Part shown: one piece after another, positions 8,687 through 17,475 of the stretch
Position numbering within the stretch: position 1 is the first letter of the stretch
Layout of the letters: each line of letters starts with the position of its first letter
DNA from: Ignicoccus pacificus DSM 13166
GTDB lineage: Archaea > Thermoproteota > Thermoprotei_A > Sulfolobales > Ignicoccaceae
Length of the DNA: 32,000 bases
Direction of reading: 5' to 3'
Assembly: GCA_025340205.1 (NCBI GenBank)
Contig: CP006868.1
Span: 450,001 to 482,000 of the forward strand
Made by a program: the position numbers and the translations under genes
The notes under the pieces: generated by a model
Database searches by the model: none
Seen by the model: the letters and a program-made list of their open reading frames with translations, nothing else
Told to the model about the DNA's origin: nothing

Positions 8687-10063
8687 TCACCTCTTCAAGT
8701 AGTAAACTATTACGAAAGCCAGAGCGGATAGAAAAATGGTTATCCCAAAGCTCAAGTCTGGATAAGGCAAGGGGGACTTGAAGGCCCTTGAGAGGCCGTA
8801 GGCTAGGGCCACCAGCGCTCCTACCACTGAGCTAGCGATTATGGCATCTCTGTTCCCCTTTCCTATTACCGTCGCCACGACCGGAACTAGGAAGGCTCCT
8901 GCTGTCAAGGTCCAGCCGGTCTTGAAGATCGTGGTAACCGCTCCCGCCAGCTCCTTCGGAAGGGTTAGGGTTAGAACCGCAATTACGGCTGCCGCTACCA
9001 TGCTCAGAAAGCTCAGAACCCTCAATACCTTGGTGTCCTTGATGTCAAACATGTCGTAGCCTATAGCGCTACCAACGGTTAGGGAGATCGAGTCAGCTGT
9101 GCTCATTGCAGCTGCCAGGACAGCGGCGCTGAAGACTGCCGCCCCAACGGTTCCCATGAGCTGCTGGGCTAGGAGGGGGATCGCCTTAATCGGGTTTATG
9201 GGCTTCTGGAGGAGTTGGGCGGCAGCTAAACCGCTCAAGAAGCTGCTGTAGGTTACTATGAATGCGAATGCAGTAGCTATGGCGGTAGACCTCTTCACTA
9301 TCCTGGGGTTCTTAGCTGTATAGAACCTGTTGATGAGCTGGGGAAGTCCCCAGACGGCTATGCTAGTGAGCAAAGCCAGGTCAAAGATCAGCCTTAGGTT
9401 GATCTTCGATGGAGGGACGAAGGGTTTAGAGGCGTCTAAAGCAGTGATGCCTCCCACCTTGGAGGTCGCTAAGATAACGAGCGCCAGCACACCGGTAGCC
9501 ATTATTATTCCTTGAATGGCGTCAGTCCAAACAACGCTGTACATACCTCCTAGAGCTACGTAAATTGCCATAACGAGTGCAATTATGAAAGCAGCCGTAG
9601 CTAAGTCCAGCTTGAAAACAGTTCCAACCATGGCGGCGGCTCCGCTTATGACGGTGGCGGCGTAGAGGGTTAATCCAACGGCCGTCACGAAGCCCAAGAG
9701 CCTCTGAAGGCCCTTGTTGTTGTAGGCCTTGGCAAATAGCTCTGGAACCGTTAGCGCATCGAACTTCTCGCTCAAAGCATTTATCTTTCTTCCAATGAAA
9801 ATAAACGTTACCAACGCTCCCAAGACTACGTTGAACACGGGGATGAGGAGGCTGGAGGAACCCCAGAGGAAGGCCCACATACCTCCAACGACTATGACCA
9901 CGCTGGAGAAGTACGTGGCTCCGAAGGTGAAGGCGAGCAACCATTCGCCTATTTCCCTGTTGGCCACTAGGAATCCTTTAATCGTATCAGCCTTTGCCTT
10001 GAATATGAATCCTATAAACAAAGTTAAAGCTAGGTAAGCTATCAAAACGCCCTCGGCTATCAC
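8687..10063 (-). CDS. Sodium:solute symporter (SSS) family transporter
   Basis: Multiple TM segments. ATYFSSVVIVVGG, YVALGGMYSVVWTDAIQGIIM and AAAMSTADSISL are SSS signatures. Confidence 0.88.
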   Translation of the reverse strand: MIAEGVLIAYLALTLFIGFIFKAKADTIKGFLVANREIGEWLLAFTFGATYFSSVVIVVGGMWAFLWGSSSLLIPVFNVVLGALVTFIFIGRKINALSEKFDALTVPELFAKAYNNKGLQRLLGFVTAVGLTLYAATVISGAAAMVGTVFKLDLATAAFIIALVMAIYVALGGMYSVVWTDAIQGIIMATGVLALVILATSKVGGITALDASKPFVPPSKINLRLIFDLALLTSIAVWGLPQLINRFYTAKNPRIVKRSTAIATAFAFIVTYSSFLSGLAAAQLLQKPINPIKAIPLLAQQLMGTVGAAVFSAAVLAAAMSTADSISLTVGSAIGYDMFDIKDTKVLRVLSFLSMVAAAVIAVLTLTLPKELAGAVTTIFKTGWTLTAGAFLVPVVATVIGKGNRDAIIASSVVGALVALAYGLSRAFKSPLPYPDLSFGITIFLSALAFVIVYYLKR

Positions 10064-10167
10064 TCGCCCTCACCCTCCTCCTTCAAGCTGTACCATATCG
10101 CGACAGCAAGGGCACCTACTCCCACTCCGAGGGCCAGCAATACCACTCTTACCCACCTAAGGCCCAC
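10060..10167 (-). CDS. Predicted 35 aa single-TM protein overlapping the symporter start
   Basis: Reverse strand GTG10167..TGA10060 reads MGLRWVRVVLLALGVGVGALAVAIWYSLKEEEGEGE. Its stop overlaps the symporter GTG start (GTGA overlap). Absent from the supplied track. Confidence 0.5.
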   Translation of the reverse strand: MGLRWVRVVLLALGVGVGALAVAIWYSLKEEGEGE

Positions 10168-10233
10168 AACATTTAAGGGGCTTTTATTTGTTGACTCTCA
10201 AGATTGTCAAGAATGCCATGGCAGAAAAAGAAC

Positions 10234-11343
10234 TCAGCCCCTCTCCAGAGGGATCTTTTCTACAGTGACGGACTCCAAGTAGTCCCAATCTATGTCAAAC
10301 ATTAAGCCGGGAGAATCCCTCAGCTCCACGAATCCGCACTTTATGTCAAAGGGATCCTTCGCTAAGGACCTCTCATAGAACTGCTGATCTGGTGAGAAGT
10401 CGGAGGGCTCCAGGGGTCCCTTTACCGCTGATGCGACTACCATGTTCAAGCTCCTCCCTATGACTGTTTCGAGCAAACCTCCTATGAAGACTGGGATGTT
10501 GTGGTCCACCGCTATATCGAGCACTTGAAGGCTCGCAGTGAGGCCTCCCAGCCTGGGAGGCTTCACGTTTATTGAGAGCAGCGACCCGAACTCCTCGTTT
10601 AACATAGCTACCTCCAACGCCCTTCTAGGCGTGTCAACGCTCTCGTCGAGCACCACCTCTATTCCCTCTTCCGAGGAGAGCTTGGCTGAACTCACCAAGT
10701 CGCCGGGAGGGTAGGGTTGTTCTATTGCATCAGCGTAAGCGGCTACGTCGGAGAGCTGCTCCCTGTGGGACTCCCTTACCGGGTCATAGGCCCCGTTGGC
10801 ATCTGCCAAGAGTTGGACTCCGGGGAACTCGTGCCTGAGGGCCTTGAGGGGCTCCACGTCCCACCCGGGCTTTATCTTAACCTTGAGTCTCCTGGCCCCC
10901 CAGTTCAACGCCTCCTCAGCACAAGATATCAGTTCATCGAGGTCTTCGGTTATTCCAATGCTCTCCTGCACCGGCAGCTTGTAAGGCCTTCCGCCAACCG
11001 CTTCAACCAAGCTCTTGTTATTTAAGCAAGAGAGGAGCGTGAGGATAGAGTACTCTATCATGGTCTTCGCCATTTGGTTACCTCTATAGGAGTTCAGCTT
11101 TGAAAGGAGTTCCTTCACGTTTTGTGACATAAACAAGTGCTCCTTCATCTTCTTGGTGAACTCAACCACGCTCTCCACGAACTCTCCGGAGTACAGAGGA
11201 TAGGGGTCAACCGGGGCCTCTCCTGCTCCTATGCAATCGCCGCTCCTGGAAATGAGGAACACCCTTACTCCGTAGAACTCACCGAAGCTCGTGCGGAAGG
11301 CTCTCTTTATCGGTATCTTAGCTATTACTAACTCATAGCTCAC
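10234..11343 (-). CDS. Enolase-superfamily enzyme (MenC / dipeptide epimerase / muconate-cycloisomerase-like)
   Basis: LKVKIKPGW, LLADANGAY, DAIEQPYPPGD, VVLDESVDT, SINVKPPRLGG. The likely start is GTG11343 (VSYELVIAKIPIKRAF). Confidence 0.82.
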   Translation of the reverse strand: MSYELVIAKIPIKRAFRTSFGEFYGVRVFLISRSGDCIGAGEAPVDPYPLYSGEFVESVVEFTKKMKEHLFMSQNVKELLSKLNSYRGNQMAKTMIEYSILTLLSCLNNKSLVEAVGGRPYKLPVQESIGITEDLDELISCAEEALNWGARRLKVKIKPGWDVEPLKALRHEFPGVQLLADANGAYDPVRESHREQLSDVAAYADAIEQPYPPGDLVSSAKLSSEEGIEVVLDESVDTPRRALEVAMLNEEFGSLLSINVKPPRLGGLTASLQVLDIAVDHNIPVFIGGLLETVIGRSLNMVVASAVKGPLEPSDFSPDQQFYERSLAKDPFDIKCGFVELRDSPGLMFDIDWDYLESVTVEKIPLERG

Positions 11344-11446
11344 GTCCTCTGGAATTGACCACGTAAGGTAATCCAAAGCCCATCTCCAAGGAAGGCTATG
11401 CAATAACTCTAAATTGGGTTCCCCTTCACGGATGCGGTGAGTTCAA

Positions 11447-11872
11447 GTGAGGTTGATAATGATAAGGTATGATCCCGAGGAAGGAGCGCAGAGGTTCGTC
11501 ATAGACAACGAGCTGGAGAAAGTAGTTAGAGAGAAGGCGGCTCATGTAATAAAGGAAGAATGGAATCCCGAGAGCGGAGAGTTCAGCGTAATGATGGACT
11601 ACTTCGAGTACGAATATCCTCTCCCCTTGAAGAAGGAGCAGTATGAGCTCTTCAAGAACTTCAACATGAGAAAGGAAGGGAAGGTAGTGGTGGTCAGAGT
11701 TCCCTACTTCGTGATAATGTTCCCCAAGTATCCCTACGAGGGAGCTCCCGTGGTAGTGTACTTGATCACCCCATTCTTCGAGGACAGAGTAGATGAGCTC
11801 ATGGAGTTCGCTAAGCAAGTGTCCTCCGGGATAAACGAGATGCCGGAGGAGTCAGAGGGCCAGCTGGAGTAA
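11447..11872 (+). CDS. Conserved-looking hypothetical protein
   Basis: 141 aa ORF with codon-like composition; no family recognised. Confidence 0.55.
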   Translation: MRLIMIRYDPEEGAQRFVIDNELEKVVREKAAHVIKEEWNPESGEFSVMMDYFEYEYPLPLKKEQYELFKNFNMRKEGKVVVVRVPYFVIMFPKYPYEGAPVVVYLITPFFEDRVDELMEFAKQVSSGINEMPEESEGQLE

Positions 11873-12721
11873 CCTCTTTCTACCGATAAGGAGGAGCTTT
11901 CCTCCCCTCCACAGGATCCTCTGAAGCTTCCCGTCCCACTCCACTTTGTATTCCTCGAGGACCTTCAGACTCTCCACGTCTACTAACCTTATCCTCAACT
12001 TATCCCCTTCCGGCTCCGCGCTTATCATGTCGCAGTTGGGGCCCAAGGTGACCCTCGAGCCTCTGGGAAGGGTTATCTTAACCGGCCTCTTCAGGTTCCC
12101 CTCCACGTTGTAAAGCCTCACGTCAGTGAGCAAGTCCTCTTCCTTTAGGGTTACCGTGAAGAAGGGATAGCAGCTGCTCACGTCTGTTATTTCCTTATCA
12201 TAGAGTATCTTGTTGATCACCATTGGATCCAAGCCATTGGTGATGAGCCAGCCCTCTATGTCAATTACGTTTAGGGAGTTCCCGGAAGGGGCTAGGAGGA
12301 ACACGTCGCAGATCTCTATCTTCCCGCTCACCCTTCCCACGAACCTCCTCGGGAGGGGCATCACTGTGCCGAGCTCATCGATGAGTAGGCACCCGTCCCC
12401 GCAGGCGATTACTCCTAGCTCGTAGTCTCGAAAGTAAGGATACCTCCTTAGGTCTTGGATCACTATCTCATCGACTAATTTCCCTTGACCACTATACTTT
12501 TCGATGCTATCAAGAACATTCCCCATACCTAAAGTGTTGGAGAAGGGAAGGTAATTAGTGGAAATGTAGAAGTTATCCCTTTCCATGAAGAGTATCTCGC
12601 CTGTAGACTCGATGAGACCTCCGCCTTCCTCAGTAACTACCCCCACCAAGCCGCTAGGGTGGAGGTCCACGTCCTTTATCGCCTTTGAGAATTCCCTTCT
12701 CCAGATTTCCAGCGCTTTCAA
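11852..12721 (-). CDS. Hypothetical protein, possibly beta-rich
   Basis: 289 aa ORF converging with 11447-11872 and overlapping it by 21 bp; no recognised motif. Confidence 0.6.
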   Translation of the reverse strand: MKALEIWRREFSKAIKDVDLHPSGLVGVVTEEGGGLIESTGEILFMERDNFYISTNYLPFSNTLGMGNVLDSIEKYSGQGKLVDEIVIQDLRRYPYFRDYELGVIACGDGCLLIDELGTVMPLPRRFVGRVSGKIEICDVFLLAPSGNSLNVIDIEGWLITNGLDPMVINKILYDKEITDVSSCYPFFTVTLKEEDLLTDVRLYNVEGNLKRPVKITLPRGSRVTLGPNCDMISAEPEGDKLRIRLVDVESLKVLEEYKVEWDGKLQRILWRGGKLLLIGRKRLLQLAL

Positions 12722-12776
12722 CCTAAGGATCGAGGAGAGCGAGGTGATTAAATGTGGAAAGGGGTAGAAAAAAGCG

Positions 12777-13385
12777 TTAGCCGGTTACGGTTACGGTAGT
12801 GGTGACGGTCACAGTCACGGTCTTGGTGACGGTCACGGTGGTGGGAGCGCAAGCTCCGGCGGTGGTGGTAGTGCTGGTGCTGGTCTGCATGACGGCGGGC
12901 TGGATGGTGATTATCTTGCTGGCGTACCAGTCGCCCATGGGGCTTCCGTCACCGTTGGCGGCGATGACAGCGATGTTGAAGGTCACCGGGACGGGCTTCT
13001 TGGGAGCGATCCACTCGAAGGTCCACTCCCTCTTTAGAGAGCCCTCCTTGGTGTGGGTGATTATGGGCTTGCCGGTCATCATGTCAGTGCTTATGAAGGT
13101 GTCCTTGGGGTCGATGACCTTTAGCTTACCAGCGCTGACGCTCACAGCGAATCCGCCGCAGGCAACTCCACCGGTGCAGTCGGGACCCTTGGTTATCTCG
13201 ATGGTTATCTTGTAAGCCTTGCCGGGGACGTACTCCTTAGGTAGGCCGATTACCTTGAACTGGGCAGGGTGCTGAGCGGCGCCCATGTGGCACTGGGTAC
13301 AGGTTAGGGTGGGAGCTCCGTTGCTCATGGCGAAGACGGTAGCGGCGAGGATCACTGCTAAGAGAACGCCCTTAAAGGCCTTCAT
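12777..13385 (-). CDS. Exported monoheme CxxCH protein with Thr/Val-rich C-terminal tail, possible Reeler-like fold
   Basis: Signal peptide MKAFKGVLLAVILAATVFAMSNG, then CTQCH, then tail TTTTAGACAPTTVTVTKTVTVTVTTTVTVTG. Start set to 13385 rather than 13466. Confidence 0.75.
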   Translation of the reverse strand: MKAFKGVLLAVILAATVFAMSNGAPTLTCTQCHMGAAQHPAQFKVIGLPKEYVPGKAYKITIEITKGPDCTGGVACGGFAVSVSAGKLKVIDPKDTFISTDMMTGKPIITHTKEGSLKREWTFEWIAPKKPVPVTFNIAVIAANGDGSPMGDWYASKIITIQPAVMQTSTSTTTTAGACAPTTVTVTKTVTVTVTTTVTVTG

Positions 13386-13593
13386 ACCTTTCACCTCGGG
13401 CTCTCTCCCGGTGCACAATTTATTACTTTTGGTGCAAAGGATCATAATAGCACATCCATTGGGCATTTATTGAAAGCTATTCGAACGATCAAGGTCTTTC
13501 GTCTAGGTGAAGGAATAAGCACTTAAGTTTACGGCCGTTAAAGATCGTATTAGTGTAATAACTGCTCCTCCTCCAAGAGCTGGGTTACTGAGG

Positions 13594-14112
13594 TTGGACG
13601 CCTTATTCGATGCCATACGAAGGGAGCTGGAGATAGGGGACCTGGTGAGCTTGAGCGCCTCTCAGTGGGAGGAGATCGTTTCATCGTACAGAAAGTTCGC
13701 TACTAGGTGCTCCGAGTCCACTCTGAGGGACGCTTGCATCAGGAGGCTTGAAAGGTACAAGGACTTGTTTAAGCAACTCTTCAAGCTGAGGGTCTACAAG
13801 GCCTTGGACAGAGAAGGAGTGAGCGAAGACTCCATAGACTCCCCACTGCTGAGGCTTATCTTGAAGCTAGTAGAGGACTACGTCTCTACTCTTGACGAAG
13901 TGATAGCAGATGAGAGGGGGAAGGTGTATGCTATAATAAAAAGAAGAATACAGGTTGGAAAAGTCGTATTAGAACCGGGAGAGCTTGTACTTATGGATCT
14001 GATGGAAGCCATTGCACTAAGCTCCTTCGGCTACGTTGAATTACTAAGACTCCCTTCGGAGACCTCGAAGGGGTACTCTTGGATGAGGGCGGAAAGGGTT
14101 CACACGGAGTAG
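13594..14112 (+). CDS. GINS complex subunit (Gins15/51-like)
   Basis: 172 aa: helical N-terminus, RRLERYKDLFKQLFKLRVYKAL, and a small C-terminal domain with VLMDLMEAIALSSFGYVELLR. Confidence 0.6.
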   Translation: MDALFDAIRRELEIGDLVSLSASQWEEIVSSYRKFATRCSESTLRDACIRRLERYKDLFKQLFKLRVYKALDREGVSEDSIDSPLLRLILKLVEDYVSTLDEVIADERGKVYAIIKRRIQVGKVVLEPGELVLMDLMEAIALSSFGYVELLRLPSETSKGYSWMRAERVHTE

Positions 14113-14115
14113 ATC

Positions 14116-14253
14116 TCACCACAAGCACTCGTCCTCTGGAGAACATCCACACCTTTCGTTGCAGTAATCCACAGGGCTGTAGCCTTCGGGAACTCCCTCG
14201 CCGAGGTAGGCTATGCCTTGAACGCACCTCTTCAAGCACTCACAGTCGCACAC
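14116..14253 (-). CDS. Small Cys-rich (probably metal-binding) protein
   Basis: GTG14253..TGA14116: MCDCECLKRCVQGIAYLGEGVPEGYSPVDYCNERCGCSPEDECLW, 9 Cys in 45 aa. Not in the track. Confidence 0.45.
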   Translation of the reverse strand: MCDCECLKRCVQGIAYLGEGVPEGYSPVDYCNERCGCSPEDECLW

Positions 14254-14376
14254 GTCCAGCCCCTATCCTTCCCACCCAGCTTTCCCCTCTAAGCGCTTTA
14301 CCAAGGGATTCATTTCGCCCTCCTGAACTAAACGCTTAATAAAAATGCCTAGCGGTACAGAAACAGGTTCACCTCC

Positions 14377-15672
14377 ATGGGAACGATATTTGAGGACGCC
14401 AGAAGGGGGATAATTACAGAGGAGATGAAGAAAATAGCAGAGGTTGAGGGCGTAGAGCCGGAGTTCGTCAGAAGGGGGTTGGCGGCTGGAAGAATCGTGC
14501 TCCTAAGGAACGTTAAGAGGGCCGAAAAGCTCAAGGTAGTAGCAGTAGGAGAGGGCATGCTAACCAAGGTGAACGCAAACATAGGAACCAGCAACACCTT
14601 GATAGACCTGGATATGGAGGTTGAGAAGGCTAGAATAGCAAAGAAGTACGGAGCGGATACGGTAATGGATCTCTCTACAGGAGGAAACTTGGACGTGATA
14701 AGGAGGAAGATCATGGAAGCGGCCGAACCCCTTCCCTTGGGCACCGTTCCTATATACCAAGCCTTCATGGACGTTGCAAACAGGAAGGGAGCAGGAATAC
14801 ACATGACGGAGGATGACATCCTAAACACTATAGAAAAGCAATTGAAAGACGGAGTTGACTTCATGACCCTCCACGCTGCTCTAACAAAGGAATTGGCGGA
14901 GAAGGCGGTGAAGAGCAACAGGGCGGAGCCCATAGTGAGCAGGGGAGGCTCGATCATAGCCGCTTGGATGCTGGAGCATGACAAGGAAAACCCCTTGCTG
15001 AGCAACTTCGACTACGTCTTGGAGCTGTTCAAGGAGTACGACGCAGTCATAAGCTTGGGGGACAGCCTCAGGCCCGGCGCCCTCGAAGACGCTCACGATG
15101 AATATCACTTGAGCGAGCTCATGGTGAATGCCAGGTTGGTAAAGAGGGCTAGGGAAGCGGGAGTTCAGGTTATGCTTGAAGGTCCCGGACACGTTCCTTT
15201 GGATAGAGTGGTAGCTGACGTCAGACTTGCTAAAAGGCTCACCGAAGGGGCTCCTTACTACATCCTAGGACCCTTAGTAACTGACCTAGCCGCTGGCTAC
15301 GACCACATAGCGGGAGCGATAGGAGGTGCCTTAGCAGCTGCCCACGGGGCCGACTTTCTGTGCTACGTAACTCCAGCTGAACACTTGAACTTACCAAATC
15401 CAGAGCAAGTTAGAGAAGGCGTAATAGCTTTCAGGATAGCCGCTCACGCAGCGGACATAGTGAAGTACCCGGATAGGGCAATGAAAAAGGACATAGAAAT
15501 GGGAAGGTGTAGGGGAAGGCTCGACTGGGAGTGCATGATAAACTTAGCCTTGGATCCAGACAAGGCGAGAGAGATAAGGGACCAATACGGACCCACTCCC
15601 TTGAAGAGCTGCAACATGTGCGGGAGCCTCTGCGTCTTCCTCCTCTTGGACAAGTGGAGGAAGAAGGACTAA
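14377..15672 (+). CDS. thiC: Phosphomethylpyrimidine synthase ThiC
   Basis: GADTVMDLSTGGN, PLGTVPIYQA, SRGGS, MLEGPGHVP, GPLVTDLAAGYDHI and the C-terminal CNMCGSLC Fe-S motif. Confidence 0.96.
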   Translation: MGTIFEDARRGIITEEMKKIAEVEGVEPEFVRRGLAAGRIVLLRNVKRAEKLKVVAVGEGMLTKVNANIGTSNTLIDLDMEVEKARIAKKYGADTVMDLSTGGNLDVIRRKIMEAAEPLPLGTVPIYQAFMDVANRKGAGIHMTEDDILNTIEKQLKDGVDFMTLHAALTKELAEKAVKSNRAEPIVSRGGSIIAAWMLEHDKENPLLSNFDYVLELFKEYDAVISLGDSLRPGALEDAHDEYHLSELMVNARLVKRAREAGVQVMLEGPGHVPLDRVVADVRLAKRLTEGAPYYILGPLVTDLAAGYDHIAGAIGGALAAAHGADFLCYVTPAEHLNLPNPEQVREGVIAFRIAAHAADIVKYPDRAMKKDIEMGRCRGRLDWECMINLALDPDKAREIRDQYGPTPLKSCNMCGSLCVFLLLDKWRKKD

Positions 15673-16184
15673 AGCTCCTTTAAGTACTCCAAAGCCTCCT
15701 CGTAAGCCTCTTCCCTAGCCTCCCTTCTAACGATTATCTTCTTGCAGTTCCTCAACATCTCTAGGAATTCCCTATCCCTCAACCTTAAATGATGAACTAC
15801 TATGAAGGGCCTTCCGGAACGTAGGACCTTCAGAAATTCCTTCCTCACTTCATCTAGCTTCAACTCCATTGGCCCTATCTCGTCTATCACGTAGAAGTCA
15901 CAGTCCCCGGAAAAGGCCTCCTTTACCAGCTCGACCACTTGGGGGCATACCCTGTACCTCCCTACTCTGGGACCATTGCATCCCTCAACCTTTGCCAACC
16001 ACTCCTCCTTCCCGCTCCTAATATCAACCATCTTGAACCCTATTCTTCTTCCACGTACTCTGACGTCGGGACAAGTCACTCCGCACACTTTGTATCCCCT
16101 TCTCTTCAGCTCTTCGACTAACTTCATTGCCAAGGTGCTTTTCCCCGCTCCCGGCTCGCCGGTTATCGCTATGCAGAACGTCAA
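15669..16184 (-). CDS. THEP1-family nucleoside-triphosphatase
   Basis: Walker A ITGEPGAGKSTLAMKL; GVTCPDVRVRGRRIGFKMVDI; VIDEIGPMEL. Confidence 0.9.
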   Translation of the reverse strand: MTFCIAITGEPGAGKSTLAMKLVEELKRRGYKVCGVTCPDVRVRGRRIGFKMVDIRSGKEEWLAKVEGCNGPRVGRYRVCPQVVELVKEAFSGDCDFYVIDEIGPMELKLDEVRKEFLKVLRSGRPFIVVHHLRLRDREFLEMLRNCKKIIVRREAREEAYEEALEYLKEL

Positions 16185-16244
16185 ACTTCTTCCCCTCTGA
16201 TCTGATCACGAGGAATTTATTTTCGTTAAAGCCTCTTAATTTTC

Positions 16245-16322
16245 ATTGCAAGTTGTAACAACTTGCAATAACTCTACTGGAGCTTACAACAATATTTATA
16301 ATATATTGTTGCAACTTACAAC
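16245..16322. promoter_or_regulatory. Candidate PadR operator array in the THEP1/padR divergent region
   Basis: ATTGCAAGTTG-TAA-CAACTTGCAAT (16245-16269, 11-bp arms). CAACAATAT...ATATTGTTG (16287-16311) flanks a TATA-like tttataata. TTACAAC/GTTGTAA half-sites occur at 16252, 16284 and 16316. Confidence 0.65.
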
Positions 16323-16336
16323 ACGAGAGGTGAGAT

Positions 16337-16837
16337 GTGGTGTTCGGTCCCCCTGCTACCACCTTAGGTCTCATAGAGCCAAACTTCATTGAGGAAATCG
16401 AAAATCAAGCTAGGGAGTTCCTGGACTTGATCATACTCAATGCAATCAAAGAGGGGAAGGATCAAGCCATGAGCATATACGACCAAATAAGATCTTGCGG
16501 CATTCCCATGAACATGAGCACATTCTACGCTACCTTGAGGGAGCTCGAGAGGGAGGGACTGGTAAGGTCAGAGGGAGCTAGGAACAAGAGGTATTACATA
16601 ACAGAGAAGGGAGAGAAGTACTTGGAGGAGAACGCCCAACGGCTCGAGAGAGTTAAGGAGGTAACGAGGAAGCTCAGAGTGGCGAAGGCAATAGGAATAC
16701 CAATGATGATGGCTACCCTCAAGGAGTTACTGAACAACTTGGACAAGTTGAGTCCAGAGGATAGGGCGGAGATAATGGAAGCTCTGGGAACTGCCTCGAT
16801 AGCAGTCAAGAAGGTCTTGGCGAAATACGTCGAGTAA
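16337..16837 (+). CDS. PadR-family transcriptional regulator
   Basis: Winged-helix region IYDQIRSCGIPMNMSTFYATLRELEREGLVRSEGARNKRYYITEKGEKYL. GTG start after GAGAGGTGA. Confidence 0.85.
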   Translation: MVFGPPATTLGLIEPNFIEEIENQAREFLDLIILNAIKEGKDQAMSIYDQIRSCGIPMNMSTFYATLRELEREGLVRSEGARNKRYYITEKGEKYLEENAQRLERVKEVTRKLRVAKAIGIPMMMATLKELLNNLDKLSPEDRAEIMEALGTASIAVKKVLAKYVE

Positions 16838-16881
16838 GTTCGCCACTTAAGCTCCAATCCCTTTTCTTTCTGGGAGTTCGG

Positions 16882-17475
16882 TTGGAGCTGCTAGGTCTCG
16901 GAGCGTGGGTCTTAACGTTCATCCTATCCTCCTTGCTAGCATCAATTGTAGAGCAGAGGTTCTCCCCCTTCGTGTTGCAAGCCTCCCTCTTGATCCTCTC
17001 AGTCTTTTCGATCTACTTATTGAAACTAAGGGTTCCCCTCCTCAAAAGTCCTCTAGGACTTCTCCTAGCCTTTATCTCTGTACCTATCATGATTACGTTC
17101 TATACAACTGTAGGAAGGCGCCTCGAAGACTACGAGCTCGAGTTCTTGCCCTCTTCTCCCCTTCCCAAGTACTTTCTGCTCCTCCTTCTAGCCCCCATGG
17201 CAGAGGAGGCGAGCTTCAGAGGTCTGCTGGAATGGAGCTTGAGCTTTCCTATTTCTATAATTTTGCCGGCGCTGGCATTCGGCCTAGTTCACATAATGCC
17301 CTATGGCAAGGCTCCTCGAAGGTCTAAGGCAGTCGCCCTTTCGATAATAACCGTCTTGGGATTCCTCTTCTCCCTTCTCTCGTGGTATTATGGCTTGGTC
17401 TCCGCGATGCTCTCTCATTCTATGACAAATGCCGTAAGCTTGATTGAGGAGAGGAGAACAAGAAAAAGCACTTAG
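16882..17475 (+). CDS. CPBP-family intramembrane metalloprotease (Abi/CAAX-like)
   Basis: APMAEEASFRGLLEW, FGLVHIM and SHSMTNA motifs in a multi-TM protein. Confidence 0.85.
   Translation: MELLGLGAWVLTFILSSLLASIVEQRFSPFVLQASLLILSVFSIYLLKLRVPLLKSPLGLLLAFISVPIMITFYTTVGRRLEDYELEFLPSSPLPKYFLLLLLAPMAEEASFRGLLEWSLSFPISIILPALAFGLVHIMPYGKAPRRSKAVALSIITVLGFLFSLLSWYYGLVSAMLSHSMTNAVSLIEERRTRKST

Noticed and set aside
9522-9944. 140 aa reverse ORF inside the symporter region
   Set aside because: An out-of-frame overlap of the convincing SSS transporter gene on the same strand.
12799-13215. 138 aa forward ORF rich in TVTV/VLV
   Set aside because: Antisense to the exported CxxCH protein; it arises from the alternating GTN/ACN low-complexity sequence.
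14113-14376. Possible TPP riboswitch upstream of thiC
   Set aside because: No TPP aptamer core pattern (CUGAGA...) was seen, and part of the interval is occupied by the Cys-rich reverse ORF.
14349-15005. 218 aa reverse ORF opposite thiC
   Set aside because: thiC is unambiguous on the + strand; the reverse ORF is a mirror-frame artefact.
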